A stretch of 63,858 nucleotides of DNA, the filler included, from Dugesia japonica (taxonomy: Eukaryota), in the NCBI GenBank assembly GCA_001938525.1. It is 5 parts of 5 records of this genome, joined end to end, with 100 filler letters (N's around TTAATTAATTAA, not from the genome) between each part and the next. Parts side by side here need not be neighbours in the genome. Positions count along the whole stretch, not along the records: positions 1 to 19,317 come from MQRL01597495.1; positions 19,418 to 30,620 come from MQRL01604592.1; 3 more parts are not named here. One strand, written 5' to 3'. A program made the translations under genes and the position numbers. The notes under the pieces were generated by a model. The model saw only the letters and a list, made by a program, of their open reading frames with translations, was not told where the DNA came from and made no database searches. Of this stretch, positions 13,790 to 26,480 are shown piece by piece; position 1 is the first letter of the stretch; each line of letters opens with the position of its first letter.

Positions 13790-14129
13790 TACAAGAATTC
13801 ATGGCGAAAATGATGTCATAAACCAGCAACATTATGAAGATATTCGAGACCGTGATGAAATAATTGCTTTAAAATAAATATTAAATTTATTAAACATTTT
13901 TAAAATTATTATGAAAATTTTACTTGATAAACTTCCCGAAAATAAACCCTGGATTAAATTTCTGGGAGGAAAATTAAAATAAACCTGGGCTTGTTTTTAG
14001 TAAAACACAATCAATATGTTTGTCTTATTACATATGCTGCTTCTGATCTTACTGCCCATGGACGTTTTGCACGAAATCATACAAAGGGCCTCTATAATGG
14101 TTTAGCTTAGAGTCTTAGATTTTAAATCC

Positions 14130-14484
14130 AGTTCCAGATCAAATGAAAAATTATTAAGTCACATACCGCCAGAACGGCCTTCAACAAATTTGAAGAATTT
14201 GATGGTATAGATTTTTTCATACATCTAGTCCAATCATTCCTCGATCTTCTTCCGATCAATGCAGCACTTCATAAAAGGTAAGCGATTTGAGTCATTCAAT
14301 TAGGTTGAAGAAGAATTTTTCGATTTAAAGCCGAAAACCTGGTACTTTGACCAAATTCGAAAGCTTACAGATGGCCATGGGAAATAACTGTATTTATTTT
14401 GAAGAATAGTTCTTTTTGAATAAATTATTACAAAAAAATATCGTTATTTTAACACGTTGCACGAAGTTTTTTCCTCAACATAGT
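14130..14484 (+). mobile_element. Mariner transposase C-terminal fragment
   Basis: LFRSMQHFIKGKRFES...FFDLKP..WY..QIRKL remnant; TIR-like end ...ttcctcaacatagta. Confidence 0.7.
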
Positions 14485-14655
14485 ATTTGTTATTAAAATT
14501 AATTTTATTATGGCAATTATGGCGCATTATTAAAATTGCAGATTCACAAAAATAACTAAACACTTTTTACAAAACAAATATACAGTAAATTTAAAATTCT
14601 TTTTACAATATATTAATATAAAAATTAACAGAAATCACTTCAAAATGAATATTAC

Positions 14656-14739
14656 CGTTGATTTCTTGGGAGGAATATGCTTACAATAGAAATTGATAAC
14701 TTTCAGTAAATACTTTCGATTCTTCCATGTGCCATAAAC
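14656..14739 (-). CDS. ZP-domain gene exon (probable end of ZP-N)
   Basis: Acceptor ttttAG, donor GTaata; 84 nt open, VYGTWKNRKYLLKVINFYCKHIPPKKST; phase 0/0. No upstream exons were identified. Confidence 0.65.
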
Positions 14740-15399
14740 CTAAAAGCAAGGCATTTTTTAATTATTTTACATATAAAAAAATATATTTATCAGTAGAATA
14801 TAAATTTTAAGATTATTTTACATAAAGAATTAATGTTTTAACTCAATTTAACTCGAGCTACTTCAACAATTGTAGATACTACAAATTTCGAAAAAATTTA
14901 AATATCTAAAAACAATTAAATTGATTAATAAACGAGAACTTAAATGCAGAAAACCAATAATAAAATATTTTTTTAAATAATGCATTATTACATATGTATT
15001 GTGACAAAAAATTACTCATCTTTTACTGAAGTATCTAAAAATATGAATGCAAATTTTCAAAATATAAAATAAATACAAAAATTTATTGCTGATTAATTTT
15101 TTAATATTGAAGTAATCAATTAAAATATTTCATAAAAACTTTATATCCAAAAAGAATGCAAAAATATTACAGAAAGAAACGAATTACAATAACTAAAAAC
15201 GCAAGAAACTGTTTGTTAAAGGAATATTAATCTAAGAAAATAACTCAGAAAATTAACAGAAATAAGTGTTGCTGTGCTTAAAATATTGGAGAATTCAATA
15301 TGGACTTTTCGATAATATTGTTTTTGGTGTGAAAACAAAATGATCAAAAATAAAAAATTACAAACTGAAATTTACAGGTTGGAAATAAATTGATGAGAT

Positions 15400-16162
15400 T
15401 TAGCATGTATTTTAAAATCACTACAAAATGTTTGGAAGCATTTCTGTCAGTTTACCACTTTTATGCCAAAAAAATTCTGTAGGAAAAAATTAACTGGGTT
15501 TGAGAAAAGTGAATAACTCTCGCAGTTGACCATCATATAAGAATATACTTATTCGGACGCGGCTTCATTTACAGGAACTGTTTAGAGAACTCATAAATTG
15601 ATAACCATTGTGCAGAATGTTTACGGTTATCATAACTAATCCACTTTTCATCACAAGTAATGATGTGATCCAAGAAGGAATTAGTGGAATATCTTCTGTG
15701 ATATTGCCAACTCTAGCCTCCTTTTCATTTGGATTTCCGTAAGGTCATGCAGCACCACTTTATCAAGTTTTTTGATATTCGCCTTCAGTCTTTCTAGACT
15801 ATTTGTTTTAAAAAATCGTCGTCAAAAACTTTCTTTATCTTTAAGAAACTCATTTCTACTTTGGAACATATGGAATCATCTTTACACGGCACGCTGAGCT
15901 ACAGTACCATCTCGCAATCTTTGTTTACATTTTAGTGGTCTCTACTGCATTGCGACCGAGTTAAAATTCGTTAAGTATAATGGTACGAAAAGCGATTTAT
16001 GCCCATGGTAACTAGTTTATCTACTGATGACTAAACAGTAATATAATTTACATTAATAACTTTTGCGATATATAAACATGGTTGGTAATTATTTTAAAGT
16101 AGATATTCCTGAAATTCTGGACTATTGAAAAATCCGCCATTACTTTCCGAATGACCTAATAT
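15400..16162 (-). mobile_element. Mariner fragment (5' half, rearranged)
   Basis: Minus-strand FLDHIITCDEKWISYDN and KKLDK-W.PH.L remnants; TIR-like ccgccattactttccgaatgacctaata at ~16135-16162. Confidence 0.75.
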
Positions 16163-18109
16163 ACTATTGAAAATTTATACTATTATTGCTGTTTATGGAT
16201 AGAATTTATGAAATGTAATACTTGTATACTGAGTGAGAAATAAACTAACCACGAAGAATTATTAGATCTCGCTAAGATTCGCAAATATTGCAAGAATTTA
16301 ATGAGTGGAAAAAAAATCACTTATGAAACTCAACTCATGAAAATTAAAACTCATTGTTTCAATGATGTAAGTAAAACGTGTACTTTAATCATGAAAATAT
16401 TTGACCGTTCGTAAGATAAAATTGCTAAGATATCTGAAATTTCTAGTTGTATCGATGTAGAAGATTAGAAAGAACTTGGGGAAAACAAAGAGGTTATTGG
16501 TGAAAACAACGACTATATAATGATTAAAATTTTATGACAAATAAATAAAATTTCTAAGCTGAATTTTGTAAAAATCATCAATTATTAATTAAATTCAATG
16601 TAATCTCGCAAGAATCTAATGTGAATCAATCAAGTCTAAATAGAACAAATTTATTTTTGCTTATTTATAAATAGTTGTTTTGTAGAATGTTATTATATAT
16701 TTTGGTAATTTGGCATAATTACCTAATTGTACTGAATAAGTTAAACCAATCTTCATATTAATACTTGTTACATATCTATTTAAATAATTTACTAGTATTG
16801 CTTTGTTACTATTTAACCATAAAATATATATCTATTCAAGGATTTAATATGCATTTCATATTTATGTAATTCTATTTACAAAAGTTTTAATTTTGCTTTA
16901 TCATTCGTCGCACCATAATATATATTTTTATAATCTACTTCTTGGTATGTTTTTAATTTATAATAATTTGTTTTAAAATAATGAATTAATTTTGATAAGT
17001 ACATGTATCAAACATTTTAAAATAAAAAAGTGCTNNNNNNNNNNNNNNNNNNNNNNNNNNNNNNNNNNNNNNNNNNNNNNNNNNNNNNNNNNNNNNNNNN
17101 NNNNNNNNNNNNNNNNNNNNNCCGATATATATTGATGAAAACTACTGGCTGCCACTAGCACATTAATTATATTGTATTCAAAATTGAAGTTACATAAATG
17201 TGATTAGGCCGTCAAAGTGTTAAAAATAGTTTTTAATTTTTGAAATTTACTAAATTTACAAAATATTATTTAGTGAGTAAAGAAATTTAAAATATTGACT
17301 CTTGAGTAGAGTAATTTTAATTTTTTCATTAAAATATAGCGAAATTTCTTCTAAATATAATTAAAACTAAGAAAAAAGTTCACGTATTAAAAAAACTAAT
17401 CAAAAGAAGCTATAAAACTAATAATCATTCATTGAATTGCAACTGAAAGAATTACGGATTAATGAACTTTTAATAAAATAAAAAATTGTATTTTAAATAT
17501 TGAAATTAAATAAAATTCATTTCTTGAAAATTGCATCAAAACATCAATCGACATTAATTTATGGTAATATTTTCATGCGAACAGTAGAACAGAAAATTTT
17601 TTAGTTGAAAATGCCCCTGCAAAATTTCTTATTTATGAAAATTAGAAAGTAACAAGCCATTCCCACTGTCAATAGCAAAATAATAATTTCTAGAAAACTT
17701 GTAAAATAACTAGTTTCATAGAACAAAAATCCCTCGGGAGAAATGTATCAATCATATTAGATTTGGATAGCTTGATTAAAAAGGTGACCGAACTCATTAA
17801 TTTATTCATCTAATCATCATCCATAGTAGTCGGTGATATTATTTCTTATTATTGAAATGATTTTTAAAATAGATCATTTTTCATCATCCTACTGCTGATT
17901 CTATTTTTGATTAATTTTATTTGATAATCATTTGATTTACTAAAATACCTCGTTTTAATAAAACAGTTTACACTAATAACATTTTAAAACTACATTTTAA
18001 TAAAATTAAAATCAAAAATAAAAGCGTATACCAAAAATGTTTTTTATTATATCTCCAAATTTTTTATTATTGTCTTCGTCAGTAATTATTAATTAACAAT
18101 ACAAATTTA

Positions 18110-19109
18110 CAAGGTTTGTACCCACATTTCGAATTTTTGTAAATTAATTTAAAATTATTATTAATTATACAAACCCTGAAATGATTTCAAACGATATAAA
18201 AATAACGATATAAGGATAATCGATTAATATTTAAATGCCCATTCAAAAATAGAAATTTCTACAATACTCAATATTCCTTTATCANCAATATATTCAATTA
18301 TTAATGTCAATTTATAAGAAGAGCGTGTTGAGAGTAAACTGAAGGATGGTCCTAGAAAGAAAGCATTGAACGAAGAGTATATAGCGGCTCTTAAAAATAA
18401 GATAGGCGAAGATGATAGTATAACACTTGCGCCATTAAGACAAAAGTTAATTGATTTATATAATGTTTCAGTGTAATTAAAAACAGTTTATAATTATGTA
18501 AATGGTTTTAGTTATTCACTTAAGAGAATAACATTGATTCCATCTAGAAGAAATGACGAACAATCAATAGAAACAAGGACTACTTACATCTGACGTTTCT
18601 TTGAAATTTTAAGATTACATGATGAATGTCTTTATGTGGCACAAAACCCGTGCAGGTAGTTACAGGCTTAAAATCACGCAATATTTCAGTTTCTTGTGCA
18701 TTAGCAAAAGCAGAAATTATCAAGCACCACGCCCAAACCACTCCTTATAATAGGATTACATTTGCTTCCTATATTAAAAATTTAATAACAACAATTGATG
18801 GACATGAGCGTGTAGTAATAATAATGGATAATATTCCATTTTATCGATCACGTCAAATACAGGAAATAATTAGTGAGGAAAGACTTCTTACATATTCATT
18901 TTTAGTGTCTATGTTTTATAATATATATACGAAAAGATTTTAATTCGTATTTTTCGAAATGAGCATAATACCATAATATATTTTAAATGTGTTTACAAAA
19001 TTTTAAAATTATGATTCAAAAATTTTTAATGAAGGTAAAAATGTTTGAAAAATAAGTACGAAAATTCGAAAAAAGGTTACAAAATTTCGAAATCTGAGTA
19101 CAAACACTG
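18110..19109 (+). mobile_element. IS630/Tc1-like (DDE_3) transposon, internally deleted, ~33-bp TIRs
   Basis: caaggtttgtacccacatttcgaatttttgtaa versus ttacaaaatttcgaaatctgagtacaaacactg, TA flanks; VIIMDNIPFY motif in ORF 18626..18943. Confidence 0.85.
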
Positions 19110-19317
19110 TATTTTAGAAATTATCATAAGAAAAAATTATTCAGAAATGTTAAATTAAATCGAGAATATTTTTATTGCTAAATAAAAGTGTTTGAATCCT
19201 TTATAAGAAAAGAAATTAAATTTATTTAAATAAAATAAAATTTTATAATTTTTAACGGCATATTTTATTTACAAACCCTCTAAAAGGATTATAAGCGAAA
19301 TCACATAACAAATTATT

Positions 19318-19417
19318 NNNNNNNNNNNNNNNNNNNNNNNNNNNNNNNNNNNNNNNNNNNNTTAATTAATTAANNNNNNNNNNNNNNNNNNNNNNNNNNN
19401 NNNNNNNNNNNNNNNNN
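19318..19417. other. Artificial contig linker 44N-TTAATTAATTAA-44N (also 30621-30720, 43037-43136, 54185-54284)
   Basis: Four identical 100-nt spacers containing a six-frame stop 12-mer. Confidence 0.95.
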
Positions 19418-19915
19418 AGGTTGGATTTAATAGTAAAGAAGCAGAGCGACCTAGCGGTCCAAACCAAGGCCCTGGAAGCAGAAGCCAAGCAACTGTTACT
19501 TAGGAAGATACAATTTTTAAAACAATACATAGCCGACCTTTCCCGCCAGATAGATAATCCAACTTGGGTCCAGTGGGTAGACAATGATGATGTCGCCACC
19601 TGTAATTTTTCGTTAAGGGACCCAACTCAGTGGTTAGACCTAGGAGCCTTGGATCTGTTGTAAATGTTTTATAAAATAGATAGCGTATCATTAATGGTGT
19701 TTTTTTTCTAATAACTTAAAAAGAAGATATATAGGGAAAATAATGAACCCGAATACAAAGGTTTGTGGGCGTGCACCTCTCATTAAGTGAGGGGTCAACC
19801 ACCATAAGCTGAATACCTAACCTAGGTGCGTTAGGTAAAATTCTTGAAAGGGTTCTTCTGAGCTGTTTTTCCCCAGCCACGGTTATCTTCACTCAACTCA
19901 GGTGGAACCAGAACA
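19418..19915 (+). mobile_element. 3' part of coiled-coil-ORF repeat unit with structured 3' end (copy A)
   Basis: ORF ...KIQFLKQYIADLSRQ...PTQWLD is homologous to ORF 20957..21181; 19746-19915 is homologous to the reverse complement of 20788-20958. Confidence 0.7.
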
Positions 19916-20307
19916 AATTAATCATTTTAATCCATTTATAATGGCTAAATTTCTTTATAATCAATTCTTTATAGTATTCATATAATATGTTGACCACGTT
20001 TAGTAGGCTAATTACTGCAAACCATAGAAATATTATTCTTAAATAAACAAAATAACTATGAAAACATTTATTATTCTAGAGATGTCAAATATTAGAACAA
20101 AAACTGTTTAAATTTACTGTATGCTATAAAGTATTTTATTATATTGAAATTATTGAGAAATAAAAATAATAATTATAAAATAATAGTGAAATCATATTTC
20201 ACTTAGAAGATATAATCACTTACAATCAAAGTAAAGCTCTATTTATTGACAAGTAATTTTTGCTAGTACATGTGAAGCACTGTGAACCATATTTTAGCAC
20301 CTTGAAT

Positions 20308-20346
20308 TCCGCATGCGACCTGCGAGCCGCATGTTTGAGACCTCTG
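20308..20346 (-). mobile_element. hAT Charlie/Buster-like terminus
   Basis: Reverse complement CAGAGGTCTCAAACATGCGGCTCGCAGGTCGCATGCGG, adjacent to atctaaac (nnnTAnnn-type target). Confidence 0.6.
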
Positions 20347-20787
20347 ATCTAAACTAATACATAAAAATTCAAAACCAAACATAAAAATTTTAATCCATAT
20401 TTTGGGATAGAACGCTAAAAATTTGGAGTAAGAAAGAGCAAAAATATTTCCGTACAAACGAAAAATATATACAAAAAAAGCAAAAAATTAGGAAAAAGAA
20501 TAAATGCTGGACCAGAAATTTGATTAATAGTATTAATATTATTATTATTACTATGTAATTATTATTATAATTATTATTAGATTATTATAAAATAAATGGA
20601 GAAAAATGAAAATTGGGCGCAGAGGATCCTATTTTGGAAGCTTAAAATAAATTTGACGACAAATAAGAGGAGAATGAATAAAATAAATAATTAAAATCAT
20701 ATAAAATGCTATAATAATATATTAAAAGGATCTCTACGACCGTGTATCTTTATTATAATCACGCTAATTAGCATTTAATAGTATTAT

Positions 20788-22560
20788 TGTTTGGGTTCCA
20801 CTTGAGTTGTGGGTAGAAAATAATGGCTAGGGAAAAAAACAGCCCTTAGGAGACCCCTCGAAGAATTTACCTAATATCCCTTATTAGGTTATTAGTGCAG
20901 AGTGGTTGACTTCCAAAGTGTACTTGGAGTGCTCACCCGTACACCTTTTGTTCGGGTTAAATGCTTCCCCGTCTCATTAAAATTATAAATAATAGTTCAA
21001 AAGGAAGATTTATTTTCACACAAACATCTGTTAACAACATGTAATTTAACGCCTCAGGGTCGAGCCACTGGGTGGGCTCGTCATTCGAAAAGTCGAATGC
21101 GGTCTCGTCGTATTCATTATTACACCAGGTCCAACTTTTTAATTCCAACCGGGTGGATAGGTCGGCGATGTACCTATTCAAGAAATCGATTTTGTTAACT
21201 AGTATCTGCTATTAGGTAGACGTATTCTGAGCACTAAATAGAAACAAAATTAAACATTAGAAACTCCGTTAGACTATATCAAATAAAACAAAATAGACAT
21301 AAAATTATAAAATGTAACAACTAATTATCGAAGTAAGGACTAATTTTTTTTATAAAAACCTAACAGCAATGAGAAGGTTAAGTATGAGAGATTCTAGTGC
21401 GACTTGTTTTCTCATTTCTACTAGATCAGACACCAATTTATTATCTCAGTCGTGGAGGGACCAGATAACGTCCGCGAACGTTTCTAATTGTTGTTTCCCC
21501 ACGCGCTCTTGGGCGTTTGAGGCTTCAGCTTCAAGTCAGTATGAATGGCACCTCTGCTTATATCGTTTTACTTTGGAATTCGCCGCCGCCGTGCCCGCTT
21601 CCCATTTTCTCTTTGCTAACTTGTACAGGTCACATATCAATGTCCTCACTACCTATCCGGACCTTTTTCGTTAAGCAACGGATCGATTAAGAAAAGAATG
21701 CACTAAATAGAATAACAATGTTCAAATTGATTAATGATTACAGTGACGGAGTAGATTCTCATGAGTAATGAAAATATTCACTGACAACTCGCAGTCTAGC
21801 AAATTTAGGTCCATCAGAAAAACAAAACAAAATAATATAAATATAATTTATAAATAAGGCTGCACATAGGATAAAACAATTCAATTAGATAAGACAAGAT
21901 TCATTAACAGATTATACTGGGAAACATTTATTAAAAATAACACAAGGAACACAGTCAGTTCTAAAAAACCATAATTAGTATTTGTTATGATAATGTAAAT
22001 GAAAGAAATTTAAAATGAACACGTGTAAATATTTATTTTTAGTAACTCGCAGATTGCGGATTGCGGTCTAAGTCCACTTCCCATGGTAAGGGGAACAATT
22101 CTTGGAAGCATCATAAATCGGTTTCATCTGGATGTTATATTAGGGGGGGGAGTTTTATTGTTTCCGACGAGCTGATCTTCGTGCCTTGTGGATAAAACGC
22201 AACGTGGCTCTTAGATCTGCTGGCATTCTCTAAATAAAATTAATAGTGAAGGTAAATTCAAGACAGTATCAAGGATATTCTTGTGATGCTCTCATCGTTT
22301 GTTGACACCATCGAACGGGCGTTGGAGGTAAAAAGTTAGTGTAAATAATAATAAATAGTCAATAAAATAAAAATATTGTTAGTGGGGACGCTGGGAAGCG
22401 TATACCAAACCCTACTTAAGATGAAAAACATCGGAATACTACCAAATGAGTGATGATGTCGGTATCCGTAATGTTGAGACCATAGTTACGCATAACACAA
22501 ATTGAATATATAAACAAACATACACATCCATAACATAAAAGGAGTATCATTGATAATCAA
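20788..22560 (-). mobile_element. Spliced coiled-coil-ORF repeat unit (copy B)
   Basis: Relatively GC-rich exon-like blocks (~22230-22030, ~21680-21361, ~21234-21030) separated by AT-rich stretches with GT..AG ends; KIDFLNRYIADLSTRLE...PTQWLD; ends ...GGAACCCAAACA. Confidence 0.6.
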
Positions 22561-24659
22561 ACCATCAATGTACTAATTTAATTATGTAATCTGAATGGTG
22601 TTGTATTGATTTTTACTTTTTAAAGTGAAACTTATGTTATTTATTGACTTTATTTTTCTCAAAATATGTAAATCGAAAAATTTAGGAATTTATTTGCAAT
22701 CTGTTTATTGTATTTATTTTATAATTTTAGAAATTTATTTGCAATCTGTTTATTTTATTAATTTTATAATTTGGAATTATTTAAAAAATTATTTTGAGTA
22801 ATGGAAAACATTATTGATTTAATGGTTAATGGAAATTAAATTATTTGAATAAGAAAATTTTTATTAAATTTTGTAAAGTTTTTTATTTTTATTTATTGGT
22901 CAAATTTATTTTTTATTTATTTTTATTTATATTGTTCTTGCATGAGAATGAAATCAGTATAAATACTGACTAATTTCATTCAGTTTTTAGGAAAATTTGT
23001 CATCTGGACTCTGACCTTTGTGGGAAGCAGCTCCAGTTTGATATCAAATTTGCTAATAAGGTTTTTAATAAGGTTATAAGTAGTCTGTATCTATTATACA
23101 TAAAAAATAAATTATTATTAAAATGTAGTTATTTAATTTATTTATATAAGGAAAAATAGACACATAATACGCTATTTATAATTTTCGATTAACGATATAT
23201 TTTATATAATATTTGTATCAACATACGAAAGGGAAAATCAACACCCATAAACTCAAGCATGTTTTCATTCAATAGTTATAAAATAACGAACCATAAATTA
23301 ACTTGTTGAGTAGAAATACTCTACAGTAACAATGGCAGTAATCACCAGTAACCGAATATTCCTAATTTTTTTAGCAGGAATATTAGCGATAATAATAACT
23401 TTAAAAATAATACCTATAACTATAGCAATATTTGACATAGCAATACAGGGGTAATAACAATAATTTTAATAACCATAACATCAATAGTAATGAAAGAAAT
23501 AGAAACACTAATAGCAATATTAATAATAATGATCATAATAATATTAATAACTATGGTACTAATAATAACCGTTTAAGTCTAATAATGAAGTTAATATTTA
23601 GACCGTAGACATTGTGATTAATATGCTAACATTAAAAACTGATATTAAGCCCATAACTATAGTAGTTTTATTAATATTAAAATTAATAATTAAGCTCATT
23701 AATTAAGGTTAAAAATAATAATAATACCTATATTATTCATAGGGCATACACATAAAAGAATTAATGAACACATATTAATTATCACTGTTTATGGTCTGCT
23801 TATTGTCGAACAATCCCGTTCACATTTGATCCATAAAGAACACAACAATTTTGTCATAATGATAAGATAGTAGGAAATTCTTCACTTAAGAATTGTATGG
23901 TTGATGGGAGTAATTCCAATACTTTGTCCTGTTTGCTGGCCATTGAGACGATAAACAATCATATTAACTCTCCGAATAAGTATAATGCCATTGATAGTTA
24001 TAAAACTATCATAATTAGAATGACACATGTTTCTGCTTTAAATATTAGGCTATTATTCTTAATGATGAAGATTGGGTGATCTCACGATCTCTTTCAACCG
24101 ATGTTAGTGTGTCTAGCTGATACTTGGCTAACTATGCATATTCTGAGAAACATTATGTGTGTACGATGATGACTGGTTCTAATAATGGATAGTTATTACT
24201 TTGCGATTCTGATAGGAGAAATAAGTCGTGATGTCATGCTGTCAAAGTTTGTTGGAAGTCCAGTGGAATTAATTCAATATCAAATTTGTAGGAGAGTTAT
24301 CAGACAGTGTTTACACTTATCTCAGCCAAATGAGTGAACCGACATTAAAAAATTAAAGGAACATATAAAAACTGCTGTGTTCTCTGAATCATCATGTGGA
24401 ATAATTANTCTACATTACAATCGGCTCAATAACAAAAATTAAATGGTTATCATAAAATTTTGTTATTCAACAATATATCAATATGTAACAACCATTTCAA
24501 ATCAAATAAATACTCACTCATAAAAATGATGAGATTCTGCAACTGAGAGTTTCCAAATAGTAAATAATGTTTCGTTTTTGGTTATTATAACTCGTAATAC
24601 GTAACTTAACTTAAAAATTGAAACTGTTTTCATCTAAAATCTGGGGGGTTCATATACCT

Positions 24660-26480
24660 TTTGCGTTTACATCATGACTTCCCCAGTATTGGCTGGCTAT
24701 TTTTGTTTTTTGATTCTTTCATCTTATTGGTGCCAGTTCTACAATTCTCAGATTTTTTTCGATTTTCTTCAATTTCATTGGTGCCTAATTTTGCAGCACC
24801 TGGTGATTTTTAGGGCTTTATTTTTCGTTTATTTTCTGGGCTCTCATTAGCCTGTTCTTTAAAACCTTTCCTGGATCCTTCTAATATCGGTAGAAAAATC
24901 TATTGCACCTCGCCGTTTTGCTTCTGAATTTTCTTAAGAGATTGTAAAGTGGCATCTAATCAGCAATCGTAAATTATAAATGCGACGTCGCGATTGGTTG
25001 GCTAATCGAGAGCCAATTTTTCTCAAATCACTGGTAATAAAACCAGTCAACCCGATAGTAAAGCAGCAGAGTTTCAATACTAATTTAAACAATTACTTGA
25101 TATTAAATTTGATTTTAAAGCTTGCTTAGCATAAATTTGTTTTTGTTGAAAATCAATTATCAGAATTTTGATTGTAAAACTTACTTATATTGAACCTATT
25201 TTCAAGATAAGTTACTTTTGTGAAGTTTGATAACCTCCAAAACGAAATAACGTTAATTCTTTGGTAAAAGAAAAGTAAAATTTATAGTTATTGTTAACAA
25301 GATTTATCAAATTTTTATATAAATACTACTATGATGCTGAGTTCCCCAATCACAACGAGATCGTGATCCCGTAAGCATTGTGAAGGGAAATTAAAACTAT
25401 GATAATGAAAAACATCGAGATCGTGAGGAATATGATTAACTGAAGTTAAAATTATTATTATGCCTAAATGAGATTAGTGAGATTGGTAACGAATTTAGTC
25501 AGGAGCTCGATGCCCAATTGTCTTTTTATTATTCTATGGTTTCGTATCGCAGTTATTATTTTTTTTGCAATAAGTCTTCAAATCTATGCGTTCAAAGTTT
25601 CATTGAAATATTAAGTATTCACGCATCTTTAATATTAGGTGACAATATTTTTAAACTTTGTGATTTAACAAATAATATTTATTGACCACAAAGATAAAAT
25701 AAAGGAAATCCAATTTGTTTTTATATTTTTTCCTAATTCTTAAGGAAACTTTATGAGAGCTCCGTACGATTGGGGACGAAAAAAGATGGTAGTCTAAGAG
25801 TGTTATTTTCTCTGATCCGTAATCCAAGAGTGGTAGACTCAAAACTGATAGGCCATAGGCAGAAGAAATCGTTACTTATGATTAAACTATTGTGAATTAA
25901 AACAACATTTTTTGATCTGCTTTATATTTTTATCTTCATTTATTGACAGATTATGACTGAATACTGCAGACCCGATATTTTGTTGGTACTCACCAACAAC
26001 GGAGAAGAAGGGACGTTCTGGATTTTATGGCGGTGTACAGTGGAGCTACTTGATGAGAAGAAATCCGTTTATGAAATGAAGTTAAGATGAAACATGGGCA
26101 ACAAATACTGATCAATAAGAACCAGTAATTTAAGAAGCAAGTCAAGGAGCTTCAGGACGCTAATCAACTGCTTGAAAGTAAATTAGTCCAATTGCAAATG
26201 GAGATGCGTGCGATGATGGAGTATGTTAATCAGTCCTCCCAACAACTCATGGAACATCGGGCATTGATGGAATGCACATAGGAACAATTAATGACGCGAA
26301 TGTTGGACAATACCGGGGATCGGTTAGAAGTTCAGGATCCAGTAATCGTAAAGATGGAATCATTACATTAATAAATGTATACGTGTTAACTTTGTTGTTC
26401 ATTAAACAAATAAATTCCTGTGATACGTATGTGACAATGTTGTTTGGTAGTTATGAATACGGGTTGTAGGGACAGCGAAT
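24660..26480 (+). mobile_element. LTR-like unit: CCAAT promoter, intron and decayed coiled-coil ORF
   Basis: Homology to 1-720; acceptor tttattgacAG at ~25950 followed by ATG ACT GAA; frameshifted helical ORF (LLESKLVQLQMEMRAMMEYV). Confidence 0.45.

Noticed and set aside
19362-19373. TTAATTAATTAA as a conserved regulatory palindrome
   Set aside because: Always centred in 44N+44N spacers, so it is an assembly linker
21369-21674. + strand 101-aa ORF
   Set aside because: Antisense shadow of the minus-strand coiled-coil exon
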